NCBI GenBank assembly: GCA_951406725.2
Contig: OX597824.1
Span: 93,124,001-93,188,000 of the forward strand
DNA: 64,000 nt
DNA from: Octopus vulgaris
Taxonomy: Eukaryota
Direction: 5' to 3'
In this document: positions 1 to 13,610 of the stretch, piece by piece
Numbering within the stretch: position 1 is the first letter of the stretch
Layout of the letters: the number at the start of each line of letters is the position of its first letter
Notes under the pieces: generated by a model
Seen by the model: the letters and a program-made list of their open reading frames with translations, nothing else
The model's database searches: none
What the model was told of the DNA's origin: nothing
Translations under genes and position numbers: made by a program

Positions 1-232
1 TATATTTCTTTTACTGCCCACAAGGCTAAACATAGAGGGGATAAACAAGGACAGACAAAGGGATTAAGTCGATTACATCGATCCCAGTGCGTAACTGGTA
101 CTTTATTTATCGACTCCGAAACGATGCAAGGCAAAGTCGACATCGGCGGAATTTGAACTCAGAACGTAACGGCAGACGAAATACGGCTACGCATTTCGCC
201 CGACGTGCTAACGTTTCTGCCAGCTCACCGCC
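1..232 (-). mobile_element. tRNA-derived SINE family A
   Basis: Reverse complement matches the copy at 32760: GGCGAGCTGGCAGAAACGTTAGC-type head, B-box-like GAGTTCAAATTCC, body GACTTTGCCTTTCATCC...GTCGATAAA..AAGTACCAG, tail ...GTGGGCAGTAAAAGAAAT. Confidence 0.85.
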
Positions 233-607
233 TTATATGTATGCATGTATATATATATGTATGGAAAGTGGGACATGTGGCATGCACATGTGGATCGATT
301 GCTGGTTGAGTAGATGCATAATTATTGATGTTGCTCAGTGTGTGTAGTGGACTCATTTGGACTAGAGTTAAGAGGTATTATATTATATCATATCTGAAAC
401 TGCTTGCACAATTTTCTCGTTTATTTCTAATTTACCGCCGTTTAATTCTAAATCTATGTATCTCCTGGCTCCCACTTTTCGTTTAACCCCAAATCAATCC
501 AAACGAGCAAACTTATAGGAAAGACTCTTCTACACCACGTGATCCATCTTGTCAATTGTATGTGGAACACTGTTATATGACATCCGCTCTCTTTTCTGAA
601 TACGCTT

Positions 608-667
608 GGGTGTGATTTGAGAAACATTTGCTCCCCATTTCTAGCAGTTTGTGCAACCAAGTAGAGG
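608..667 (-). repeat. Old interspersed repeat (CTGCTAGAAATAGCAGCC..CTCAAATCACACC-type); related copies near 1098-1160 (+) and 62150 (+)
   Basis: Degenerate similarity between copies seen by eye; class unknown. Confidence 0.45.
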
Positions 668-1699
668 ATAATTCTTTAGATCTTTCCTTTCATCTTCGAT
701 AAAATGAATACAAATTGCCGTAGATGTTCTTAATGGATAGATTGATCTCTGCTATGAATGGTCCCGATCCTATACATAAATCGTTATAGCATTTCGCACT
801 ACATTGACTTACACATCTATTTATATTTTCTGATCATAAACAGGCAGAAGCACAATTTATAGTCACTCTGTTCCCAGGGACAGTCCTAAGGGATGATTTA
901 ATTACCAAATAAAAGCTTGCGCTCAGATTGTTAATATGTACCTAATTTCACCGTACGCCAAATTTTAACTTCTCACCTCATAACTCCTGTTCTATTCTAG
1001 ACATACACTTCTCTTGCTAGTCATTATAACACATGTACTTTACTATATCACTATAATAGATTACATTACTACCCAGAAACATGATTCAACAAATGCGCCT
1101 CTACGTAGTCGCTTAACTTACCATGAATAGCAGCCAAGTCTCCCTCAAATTTCATTCCACCACCTTAAAAAGTAACATGCCAAATAATAGGAGAGTATTG
1201 TAGTTCGCTTGAAGCATTGTGTATTGTTCGTAAAATTGAAGACACACTATATTTTAGGGCATGTAATGTTCTCCCATTTAGAATCATGACTATTATCCTT
1301 GGGTCGAGCTTGCTGATGTTAATGGAGATTTGCTTGAAAATTTACGTTTCTCACACGATGAACCCATTAACGTAATAATTCAGATTAGCGTGGCTTAATC
1401 TCGGCGATCAGAAGTTAACCGGTGTTTCTAAAGTGATGTGTCCGACAAACAACGAATATTTTAAACTCAGGATTTTCATAACTCAAAATCACTTTGATCA
1501 TACAACCACTTGATACCAGTAGCTCCGATAATAGGCATCAAAAACAACTGCATTACACCACCTTATGAAATATTTTCAATTAATCTTGCGAATTTAACTT
1601 CTTTTCTGTATTCGTCAATAAATGATGTACCAGCAGAGTATTGTCAACAACGTGAATTAGATTGCTTCCTGGTGAAATGCCTAGCTGTATTTCACCGCT

Positions 1700-1868
1700 A
1701 GGTATTTCGCCTCTCCTTAAGTTCTAATTTCAAATTCCACCGAGGTCGACTTTGTCTTTCATCCTTTCGTGGTCGATATATTAAAAACCAGTTACGTACT
1801 AGGGTTGATCTAATCGACTGACCCCTTCCCCCAAAAGTCCGTGCTTTGTGCCTAGAGTAGAAAAGAAT
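1700..1868 (+). mobile_element. SINE family A, right-hand monomer
   Basis: Shared body CGAGGTCGACTTTGTCTTTCATCCTTTCG; end TGTGCCTAGAGTAGAAAAGAAT as in the dimer at 32760-33150. Confidence 0.8.
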
Positions 1869-1912
1869 TAGGCAACTTCTAGCAAAAGAGTTTGCCTTAT
1901 GCCAACTTTAGG

Positions 1913-2169
1913 TGGTATGATGAGAGTAAGACGTCCCCTTGCGAGAGATAAACTGGTCTGAGTAAAGTATAACGATCAACGAACCGAGTGAGGTTCAGGG
2001 TTCAGAGTGGAACGTAGTTCGTGTTCGCGCTGAAGTCGGAAGATGTCGGTTGGTTAGTTCACAAAGAATATTGATTGTTGATTCGTGAAGAGATTTATTA
2101 GTTCTTCACAATGTTTTTACTGTTGTCTGGTTATCGTATTTATCGTACGTAACAAATTATGTTACAACA
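1913..2169. mobile_element. Solo LTR (257 bp)
   Basis: Begins TG and ends ACAACA; flanked by a perfect 5-bp TSD TTAGG (1908-1912, 2170-2174); AATAAA on the minus strand; more GC-rich than flanks. Confidence 0.6.
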
Positions 2170-3054
2170 TTAGGAATTAATAATAAATCTTAACTATTCT
2201 GTAAAACTGTTTACGGCGATTCTATTAGCAGCTAACTAAATCTTGTTGAAATAAACGAATGAGCAACACGGATCACAGTCAATAGGAAATTCTATCTCTT
2301 GTCGTTGGTTTGATGTTATGTTTCTTTTGTTATTCATCCTGCGTTGTTATATTTCTCAAAATCCTAATGATAGACCTAATTAAGATGTTCTGATGACTTT
2401 TGAAATTATAGAAACAAAATAACAACCAGACATGTCTCAAGGGCAAGCAAAAATAGTTGCACCCTAATGACAGCGGAGAAAAAAAATTCTACGCAAATTA
2501 CGCAGGAAATTTTCAACATTTTGAAAAACAAAAGCATTAAAAATAACAAACAGTTATGTGCACATGGGGTTGGGGGGGTCGTATACATAGAAATTTGCAG
2601 AAAATATTTTTCTTCACTGAGATTTCCAAATGTTATGGCACATAAAGATGTTCTAGTTCTAAACGTAGAATGGTGTGTGGATCGAAATTTCACGACTGTG
2701 TCACAAGAAACGCCATTTTGTTGATTAGAAATTCCTCCTCTGACTCACATTTTGAATGTCTAGTAAAACGATATAGCTTTAGAGGAGGGCATCCAAAATA
2801 CCCAGATTTCATGATGGACAGTGCTTAGTCCATCAACAGAAGCTGTATAGTAATGTCTGTCTGATTCTTTGCTTTTTGCCACCGTACTAGCACAAAATAT
2901 CGGTGAGTGGTAAATACGAATGTGACTGGGAATGATATATATCTCGATTAAAAACATTATATATCCGTTTCTGAGACTACGGAAGGTCATATGGCATTGC
3001 GGCAAAATGGGTCACGAAGTGAAACTCCTTTCCATTCGTTAAATCCCATTCATA

Positions 3055-3820
3055 TCGTTAGCACGCCGGACTACATATTTAACAGCGTTTTATCCGTCTT
3101 TACGGTCTGAGGTCAAATTTGGCCAAGGTTGATTTTGTCTTTAATCCTTTAGGCGTCGATGAATTAAGTACCAGTGTTGTACTGGGGTCGATCTAATCGA
3201 TTGGCCCCGTCTCCACCAAATTTTAGGCCTTGTGCCTAGAGTAGAAAACAATCGTTAGAACGGCGGGCGTAATGCTTAATATTATTTCCTCTGTTCAATT
3301 TCCGCCGAGTTCGACTTTGCTTTTCATCATTTCGAGATCGATAAATTAAGTACCACTTGTGTACTGGGGTCAATATATTCGACTGGCCCCCTCCCTCCAA
3401 ATTTTAGGCCCTGTGCCTATAGGAGAAAAGAATCCTTAGAACTCTAGGCGTAATGCTTAATGGTATTTCGTCTATCTCTACTATCTGAGTTCAAATTCCG
3501 CCGAGGTCGACTGTACATTTCATCCTTTCGGAGTCGGTAAATACAGTACCAGTTGTGTACTGGGGTTAATCTATTCGACTTAGCCCTCCCCACAAACTTC
3601 AGTCCTTGTGCCTAGACTAGAAAAGAATTGTTGGCAAGCCGGGAAAGATACTTAGCGCCATTTCGTCCGTGTTAGTGGTCTGAGATCAAATTCCACCGAT
3701 GTCGACTTTGACTTTCATCCGTTAAGGGGCGATAAATTAAGTACCAGTTTATCTCCGGGGAGATGTAATAGGCGTGTGCCTAACCAACACATTGCTGCCC
3801 TAGTTCCAAAACTTAAAACC
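3055..3820 (+). mobile_element. Head-to-tail array of about 4 diverged SINE-A monomers
   Basis: Body motif ...GACTTTG..TTTCATCC...AAGTACCAG recurs near 3130, 3310, 3510 and 3700; the first three units end in TGTGCCTAGA-like motifs. Confidence 0.8.
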
Positions 3821-4289
3821 ATTTTCGAAGAAGCAGTATTGAAGCGTTCACACAGATGTATAAACCAACCTAACTTTCACATAAAGCAGCAAACTTCGGT
3901 TACCATATAAAGTCAACATAATCCGATATACGAATCAGAAATAATTAGCTAAACATATTTTCAAGAACGCAAATAATTTATTAATTAGGAATAATAATTC
4001 AGTGAAAATAATTAAGTATATAAATGCGTTGCAATATATAAGTGGTTTATTTCTCAACTCATAAATACCAATCATAATCATAAAGCATTAAATATTTACA
4101 ACTTGAAATTAGTAAACTAATAATTTATTACATAACTAGTTAGGAAATCCTATTTTTATAAAGTGGTTAATCTTACCGATATCTTCTTATGTACCTACTC
4201 AGCTAGTTGCATTTACACGTGATTATCTAATTAGTATAATTGCCACAGTAAATAGTCAATTTTTTGACAGATGAGATGGCGAATTAAAC

Positions 4290-4791
<502 letters not shown>

Positions 4792-4844
4792 GCAACACTG
4801 AAATAATCTCTATTCATTTTGTAAAATGATTTCCATATAATACA

Positions 4845-4890
4845 GAATGACGTTTCAGTTTTAATTAAATATTATGAAAAGTCATCAGTC
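4845..4890 (-). ncRNA. Degenerate hammerhead-like motif
   Basis: Minus strand CTGATGA-N25-GAAACGTC; stems I and II pair poorly. Confidence 0.3.
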
Positions 4891-4959
4891 TTAATTCCAT
4901 CTCTCTACCCACCAATTATATCACCATTGTCTTTCAATCCACTTCAAGTGTGTGTGTCT

Positions 4960-5680
4960 CTGTGAGCTCACACACGCACACACAAACACACACGCACATA
5001 CAAATGCACACACAAGCGCGAAACGCATATTCACACACTCACATACGTTCACAAACACTCACTCTAGTTCATACACACATTCACATAAATACACACACAT
5101 TCAAATAAATACACACACATTCAAATAAATACACACACATTCACATAAATACACACACATTCAAATAAATACACACACATTCACATAAATACACACACAT
5201 TCACACACGTTCAAACATACTCACACACACGCACAAACACGCACGTACACACACGCACACATTCACACACACTGACACACATTCACACACATTTAGACAC
5301 ACGCTTACATAAGCATTTACATACACAAACGCACACACATATTCATACACATTCTCTCACACACACATTCACACACATTTAAATACTCACAAACACGCAC
5401 ATATTAACACACACTGACATATGTTCACACACACTCACACAGGTTCATACACACATTCACATACGTTCAAACGCACTCACACACACGCATAAAAAATCGA
5501 ACACACACACACGCACACATTCACACACACACTCACACACACTCACACGTACAAACACACGTACAAACACACGTACGCACACGCACACATTCACACGCAC
5601 TCGCATATATTCCAATACATAAACACACACATTCACACACATTCACACACGCACACACACACCACGCGCACACGCTCAGA
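4960..5680 (+). repeat. Degenerate (CA)-rich tract with a 20-bp minisatellite TCA(C/A)ATAAATACACACACAT x6 (5081-5200)
   Basis: Direct reading of tandem units. Confidence 0.9.
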
Positions 5681-6388
5681 TCCTCACACAAGCATTCGTA
5701 CGTACAGGGAAACAAACGTAAGCCGTTCACTGAGATTTTGTCTGTCGTTGAGATCTTGTGCGTGAGAGGTTTACATTTTTCACAAGCCTGTGTGGTACAC
5801 ATATGTATGCATTTATGCATAACACAGCGTATCTAACCTTAAAACAGAAGATACGTAGTATACGATGAAACTTTCTATTGATTTCTACCTACAAATATAT
5901 CGTTCTTTTCATGAAACCATATCAGTTTCCCGAAAATATGAAGAAAAAAATGGCGTAAAATAAGACGAAACTGAACCCCATCGTTGTTTGAGAGAACTTT
6001 ATTTACTCGCTTCTTATCTTCTCCCCTTAATACAAACGTCTCGGATTTAACGATAGAACATTTCTCGTCAATACTGTATGCCGGATGTATTTTCGATTTC
6101 TGATCAACGCAATATTACATGATGTCCTCTCAACAATTGTTCATATCTGTTTTATTTTTTGGTATTTTTCTGTTATTTTTTTGTTTTTACGTTTGCGACT
6201 TCTCTGGTTTCAATCACTGGATTGTGGCTATATAGCACCAGGACCACTGCTGTCAATGGAAATATCGACTATATCCAGCGCAGTACTTATCTGATAGTTG
6301 TTTTATCGCCCTGGGAAGCATCTAAAACTGGAGAAAATCCTGCGTAGGCAGGGTTTGAGCAAAGAAGTTACACGAATGTTATCTAACA

Positions 6389-6505
6389 GGCGCAGGTGTG
6401 GGCGTGTGGTAAGAAACTTGCTTCTCAGCTATATGGTTCTGGGTTCAGACTCACTGCGTGGTACCTTGGATGGCTGTTTTCTATTATTGCTATGGACCGA
6501 ACGTC
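6389..6505 (+). mobile_element. SINE family B, 5' head fragment
   Basis: GGCGCAGGTGTGG...GGGTTCAGACTCACTGCGTGGTACCTTGG. Confidence 0.7.
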
Positions 6506-6770
6506 CCGACATACACACGTACATATTCGTAAAATATATAGGATGGCGAATATTTTTAGACATTTTCCCCACCAGTGGCCTAACACGTATAAAAAGTCAA
6601 TAGACAACATATTCTCAATATAAAATAGTGTACATTGAAACACAAGAGAAAACTACCCTTAACAGCTAATTTTTACACACTAGAAGAAGCAGTGAAAACG
6701 ATCAAAACAACATTTAAGAGCAATTTTGGAAGGGAATGAAAAATAAAAACCTTTACCTTTTTATTTTATT

Positions 6771-6843
6771 ACGGTTATATCTAGGTTTCAGATTTCTTCA
6801 GCAAATAAAATAATTTGCTAGGCAAATCTTCATCAGTAACCGT
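6771..6843 (-). ncRNA. Type I hammerhead ribozyme, near-canonical
   Basis: Minus strand: stem I ACGGUUA/UAACCGU (7 bp); core CUGAUGA; stem II AGAUUU/AAAUCU extended by AGCAAAU/AUUUGCU; GAAA; near-palindromic stem III ACCUAG(A)U; triplet AUA; AATAAA directly downstream. Confidence 0.7.
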
Positions 6844-6984
6844 GCGTTAACAATTAACATATAATATAGAGACAAACAACACGTGTCTCTTCATTATATG
6901 CTATAATTTTATTATAATCATCGCGCAAGCGCAGCTTCAGTCGGCAGTAAATGAAAGATATAATACAAATAATATATATATATG

Positions 6985-7578
6985 TCAAAAGTTATTTTGA
7001 CCCTGTTGGCCGAGTAAAGGTGTTAGTCTTTCCAGACTTTTTAATTATGGCTGGGAGCAGGTACCCGGTAATTCTTGAGGGTCGCTCATCCATGTGTCAT
7101 CGGTGTCTGCAACCTGGCCATACAAACATTAACTGCCACCAAGATCCTGGAGCAGTTGGTTGAGATCTCTGTAAAAGAGGGACTGGAGAGTGTCGAGAAG
7201 ACGCAGAACTCCTCAAAGAAGGGCCGCAAGTGGAAGAAGGTGAGCAACAATGGGTGCTCACCGAAGGATCTCAGGGATGAAGGAGGGGAGGCGGATCTCC
7301 CGGTCACGGAGGAAACCCACCCTTCCTCAGTTAAGAGGGAAAGAAGAGGAAGAAAAAGAGAAACAGGACGTTGCCGGCGGGTGGTAACACAATACCGGAA
7401 TGTCCCGGAACTTCGTCGGTGGGAATTGTGCCATCGACGGAGGAAGTGACTACTTCGTCCCTTGAAGAGGAAGAATTACTTGTCTTCTACAGGGGGCGGA
7501 GAGGTGGAGTAGGTGTTGGAGAAACAACATGAGGGAGCAATTATCTCCTGCACACGGGATCCCGAATGGCCTCTGCAG
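6985..7578 (+). pseudogene. Non-LTR retrotransposon (Tx1/L1-like) ORF1 relic with CCHC zinc knuckle
   Basis: ORF 6951-7163 encodes PVILEGRSSM-CHRCLQPGHTNINC (CX2CX4HX4C), followed by frameshifted K/E/R-rich sequence; GC-rich island between (TA)n tracts. Confidence 0.7.
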
Positions 7579-7610
<32 letters not shown>

Positions 7611-7616
7611 GCATAC

Positions 7617-7641
<25 letters not shown>

Positions 7642-7649
<8 letters not shown>

Positions 7650-7753
7650 AATATGAGAGAGTAACCACTATGTGGTTACGCTATTACCATAGCGGATGTA
7701 TTTTTAGCACTAGAGTCGACCACATAGTGGTCACTCTCTCATATTTATATATA
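7642..7753. repeat. Near-perfect hairpin with 36-bp arms and an inner stem-loop
   Basis: TATATATAAATATGAGAGAGTAACCACTATGTGGTT pairs with GACCACATAGTGGTCACTCTCTCATATTTATATATA; inner CGCTAT-TACC-ATAGCG. Confidence 0.85.
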
Positions 7754-7904
7754 AATTTGTATTGTATCCCTGGTTTTTATGTGCTAAGCCACTTGGTGTT
7801 AAATTGATGGTATTATTAAATTAATATCACATTTTTCACCCTCATTTATAAATATATAAATATATAGATATATATACATATATATACATATATATATATA
7901 TATG

Positions 7905-7960
<56 letters not shown>

Positions 7961-8151
7961 TATTTACATTATTTATATTTGGCAGATATTTGTCCCATCT
8001 TGTTTGTTGTTAACACAACGTTTCGACTGATATACACTCCAGAAATTTCGAACCTGATTTCTCATTCCTAAGGTATAAGGTATTTTTCGATGTAATATCC
8101 ACCAAAGTCTGCATTGAGCACACATTTTTATCGTTCGGCATTTACTTGTAT

Positions 8152-8228
<77 letters not shown>

Positions 8229-8497
8229 AACGGCTGGTCTCCACATAGTTTCTGGTAAAGAAATTCTTCTTTAACAAGGCATTGGTTGATCAAAGTTTAA
8301 CGTACAGAAAAACTTTACCAATATGCAGCACAATTAGACAGAACGCAAATGTACGGGGATAAAAACTGCACATCCATGCTTGCGCTCTCTCTCTCTTTCT
8401 CTCTCTCTATCACTACCTTTCTCTCTTTCTCACTCACTCTCTCTATCTCTCTCTCTCGGTATATGTATATATATTTCTGAATGTGTATCTGTTTTGT

Positions 8498-8537
<40 letters not shown>

Positions 8538-10920
8538 CTTCCAATACATTCCTTCACATTTTCAACGTTCTCAGTATGTTTTTCTTTTTTCTCCCATGCC
8601 AATCAAATTTATTGAATCACACATTTCTCGTTTAGGATTCCAACGTTAAATTTCTACGAAATTCAGAAAGTAAATTTTATCAAAATCTCGACATCCATTT
8701 GAATTATTGATTTCGTTTTGAGCCTTCTAGAAATTTTCTATCACCAATTTTAAATATTTCATGCTATATTGTTCTTCTCTGCTTCTTTTTATTTCTTTTC
8801 TCTGTAGATTTTCTTCTATTTATGTATTCCTTTAATTTTAACCTGTATAAATATGGTGTAAATTTTTAATATATATGCATTTTTGACCTAGAATCAGAAA
8901 TGGTAAATATATGGATGCTGTTTACGAATTCTGAAAGATCATAGATTTTTTAAATATATATAAAATCTACATCTATCATCTGCAGAGGCATTCCTAAACG
9001 GTGATAAGCTTAATATTTTTCAAATTAGACACAATACACACACAAACACACAACACACACATAGACGCGCAAACACATACACACAGACAGATTTATGTAC
9101 ACGTGTTTTGAGCTCTATTTTCTTGTTTCCAACGCCAAACCTTCATATTTCTGTGTGTATGTGTGTGTGCACGTGTCTGTGTGCACGTGTGTGTGTGCAT
9201 GTGTGTACGTGTGCTTCCTCTTTTTTCTGCTCTCCATTCCTTGACAATCGGTGATTGTTTGTTGACGTCCTGTTACCTTTTGCAAATATGCCAGTATAAT
9301 AAGAACCAGTGTGAAAATTTAGTGCTGTGTTCGATTTATCGGATGAAACCCTTCCAGGGCGTGGTCCAGCATGGTCGCAGTCCAATGACTGGAACAAGCA
9401 AAAGATAAAATATATGTGTGGTGGAGTGTATGAGTCAGAACATGTGCGTGCGTGAGTGTGTGTGTGTATGTGTGTGTGTTCATGCGTGTGGTTGTGAGTA
9501 TAGGGGCAGGGATATAAAGATACAGGTGTGACACTGCCTCAAATATGAAAAGTTAAGGAGATTATTTTCATGTACGATATGCTCAATCTTCAATCATACA
9601 TCATTATTCTTTGATATAAAGGACTTTGTTGAAGTAGTAATTTTGATATCTATATTCCCATTTTCTGAACGATATAACCCACAGGATATATGCCTATACC
9701 ACAATACGAAGAATCGCGTATATATGTGTGAGTAAGAGACTGAGAGAGGGCCTGTGTGTACGAGTGCTATTTGTATATACATATGTATATATGTATGTTT
9801 GTATGTACCTGTTTATTTAGACGCATGTGTTTATAAATCTAAAGATACTTGGCAACATTTGTGCCTCTCTCCCTCTCTCATTCTTTCTCTTCATTTTGTT
9901 TATTTATCTTCAACTCTATCGATAGGTCTAGCTATCTGAAATTATATCCTTTATCGGCATTCTCTTCATATTCCGGTTTGTTGATTCACATAAGTGGGCG
10001 AATTATAAAAATACAATAAAACAAGTAAATACATACTACGGAGAGAAGAACATGATCAGCGAAGAAAAAAGATCACCTTAGCACGCAAGCACAAATTGGT
10101 AATAGTGTCGACATATCTCACTGAAGCTTTGTATAAACAGGCGATCGTTGCATCCATTTATTGTGAGAAGCAGACGACAGAAATCATTATTCTGATCAAT
10201 ATAGATAACAGCGTAATTTCTAAGGCAAAAATCTGCATCAGCACAAAATCCAATTGGAGACATATCCTTTGATTTCTTCGGTTTGTTTCAATCACTGGAG
10301 TGCGAAAATGTTGGGGTAAGTCTTTGAAGAGTTTAGTCAAACAAATGGTAACTAGTCGTCCGCTACTTATTCCAGCTGGGTATTTTGGGGGATTTTTTTG
10401 TTGTTGTTTTTTTCCGAACATCTAATTTGGAAACAAGCCAACACTGTTGTCAAAATTTATGGGGACACGCACAAAAATAGCAACACTGACATTCACAAAG
10501 ACACACAAGCATATGTATATGATGCTTAGCAACATTCACTCAGTAAACACAGGCTGGACCGGAGATATAACAGAAGATTCTTGCACAAGATCTCGCGTAA
10601 TAGGCCTGAAACAGGCACCACGATTTTGCGAAGAGAAATTCTTCATTATACGATAGAGTAAAATGTTGTTGGTATTGTTGTTTGGCTAGAGGTCAGTTCC
10701 ATGGTGCACCAATAGTCAAATTGTTTCCAACCGTATGCCTTCTTTTTTTATTCAGATTTATTAAATCTGACTCGACGGCAAGGACACGAATGGACGCTGA
10801 TAGCAGTCAATCGTTAGAGCATCGGAAAGAATGCATTGCAGTTCTTTCTGGCTTGTTATCTCTGGGTTCAAATTTCACCGCAATCAGTTGTGCCTTAGCT
10901 CATTTCCAGATATTCTGTGT

Positions 10921-10963
<43 letters not shown>

Positions 10964-11245
10964 CTCTCTCCATCTCTCAGTAGAAAACGGTATAATACGA
11001 TGACAAATATTCATACAATGATATGATATTCTACACAGTTTCCCTCAACCAGCTTTATTCACAAGGCACTGGTTAAGCGGATCTAGATTACAAGCCACAT
11101 GCATTAAGTGACGTGAACGAGAAAGGAGTGAGGCGAGCTTCTTAACTGCACACAGATAACTGCACTCGTCTGTAGTTTTTCTTTTTAACATGAAACCAAT
11201 AGTAGCCCTCACACACACACATACACAACCACATATATATATACT

Positions 11246-11654
11246 TTTTTACTCTTTTACTTATTTCAGTCATTTGACTGTGGCCATGCTGGAGCACCGC
11301 CTTTCAGTCGGGCAAATCGACCCCGGGACTTATTCTTTGTAAGCCCAGTACTTATTCTATCGGTCTCTTTTGCCGAACCGCTAGGTGACGGCGACGTAAA
11401 CACACCAGCATCGGTTGTCAAGCAATGCTAGGGGGACAAACACAGACACACAAACACATACACACACATATATATATATATACATATATACGACGGGCTT
11501 CTTTCAGTTTCCGTCTACCAAATCCACTCACAAGGCTTTGGTCGGCCCGAGGCTATAGTAGAAGACACTTGCCCAAGATGCCACGCAGTGGGACTGAACC
11601 CGGAACCATGTGGTTGGTAAGCAAGCTACTTACCACACAGCCACTCCTGCGCCT
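11246..11654 (-). mobile_element. SINE family B, full-length
   Basis: High similarity to 53394-53797 in reverse orientation; lies between short (TA)n runs. Confidence 0.9.
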
Positions 11655-11854
11655 ATATATATATAAATAAATTAAATTAGCGATAAAACCACTATTAGGT
11701 TAATCAAACAATGAAAAACATAAACCAAAACATAAAAATAAAAATAATTAATATAATATACAAAAGATATAAAATATAAAATTTAGAAATTTAAATTATT
11801 TAAATTTAGAATTAAAATTATTAATTTTATTATATATATATTATATATATACAT

Positions 11855-12223
11855 ACTTTTACTTGTTTCAGTCATTTGCACGTAGCCATACTGGTGCACC
11901 GTCTTTAGTTGAACAAATCGACACCAGGATTTATTTTTTGTAAGCCTAGTACTTACTCTATCGGCCTGTTTTGCCGAAACGCTAGGTTACGTAAACACAC
12001 CAATATCGGTTCCCAAGCGACGGTGGCGAGGACAAACACAGACGCAGAAATATATACATATACGACAGGTTTCTTTCAGTTTCCGTGTACCGAATCCACT
12101 GACAAGACTTTGGTCGGCCCGAGGCTATAAGGGAAGGCACCTGTCCAAGGTGCTACGCAGTGGAACTGAACCCGAAGTCATGTTGTTGGGAAGCAAGCTT
12201 CTCACCACACATCCACTCCTGCA
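11855..12223 (-). mobile_element. SINE family B
   Basis: Same head, body and tail motifs, more diverged. Confidence 0.85.
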
Positions 12224-13545
12224 CAGCAATATTTAAGAAGCAGCAATATTTTTCGCCAATATTCGTCAATATTCTTTATTGCGAACGAGACAAGAATGGA
12301 AATTACTCTTTCATTGTATATAATATGTATTAAACTGAAAACAAACACAGAATGGCATCAGTTTGATTTGAAAACCGCACGACAGCTCAACAACTGCTAC
12401 GCATTGTCTACGGTTCTCAGACGATTCTGCTATTGCTCTGTCGTATGAACAGAAAAAAAAAACCAAATATGTACCTGACACTAGGAGACATTCGGTTTTT
12501 ATCGGAAGGGATGTGATGGTCTGGCCACAGATCAATGAACGACGAAACATAAAAAAAACTCTAAAGAAAATCCGCCATTCATCTCTTTTGCTTCTGTTGC
12601 ATTTTATATACAGCATCTTGTATTACTCCGTTTTTTCAGCAATTTCTTTCACTGCATTCGATTCCTTCGCTAAATCCGTCTCTGCATTTTAACAATGTTA
12701 TTTATTTATTTTTCTATTTATTTATTATCCTTTTGTGGATGCGTCTCTTTCATTCTCTTTTCAATTCTTCTTTTGAATTCTGACCAAGATTTTTTTTTTC
12801 TTTTCGTTTGCAGGTTTTAGTGTTTTTTATGGGTCTTGCTTGTACCAGAATCCTACTGAGCTATTTCTATTCGTTACATATTTTTCATGTATTTTCTAAA
12901 CACATTGGTATCTTCTTTCATATATTCCCCTCTCCATTTTCAATTCCTTCTTTCAAGTTTTCTATCAAATTTTCTCTTTTTCTTCAAGGCATTTTCTATA
13001 TTTTAATACTTTCCCTTATTTCATCCATTGCTAAGGTTTCCATGTTTTCTTATCTTCCGTCACATTATATATATATTTTATTATCCTGGTCGACTCTTCT
13101 TTTCTCTTAACATTTTCTTATTTAATTTTCTCAGCAACTTTTAGTTTATTTTTTCAATTACTTTTCGTTTGGGCACCTTTCCTGAAAATTCTTTTATATT
13201 CTTTTATCCTTCTACTGTAATCAACCATTGAATTGTGGGTATGTGACGCACTGCTTTCAAGTGATTGAGTCGTTCATATCGTTCCTGGTAACTGTATCAG
13301 CCTTCTATGCAATATATAGATCGATATCAGTGGTTTCGATATGGCACCCCTTAACACAAAAGGTGTGCACTGCTACACATGTAAACCAGACATGAACCCC
13401 GTGCGGACGCACGCACACGTACACATACACATATTTATATATGATATAAATAATATATAATTATATGCATATATGGGTACAGGACATCGAAAAAACGTTA
13501 AAAACACATACATATACAAAAACTTACACAAATACACACACACAT

Positions 13546-13608
<63 letters not shown>

Positions 13609-13610
<2 letters not shown>

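Noticed and set aside
2389-2416. CTGATGA...GAAAC
   Set aside because: The intervening sequence cannot form stem II.
10037-10220. Minus-strand exon-like segment
   Set aside because: Splice-like ends but stops in all three frames; a non-coding exon cannot be supported from sequence alone.
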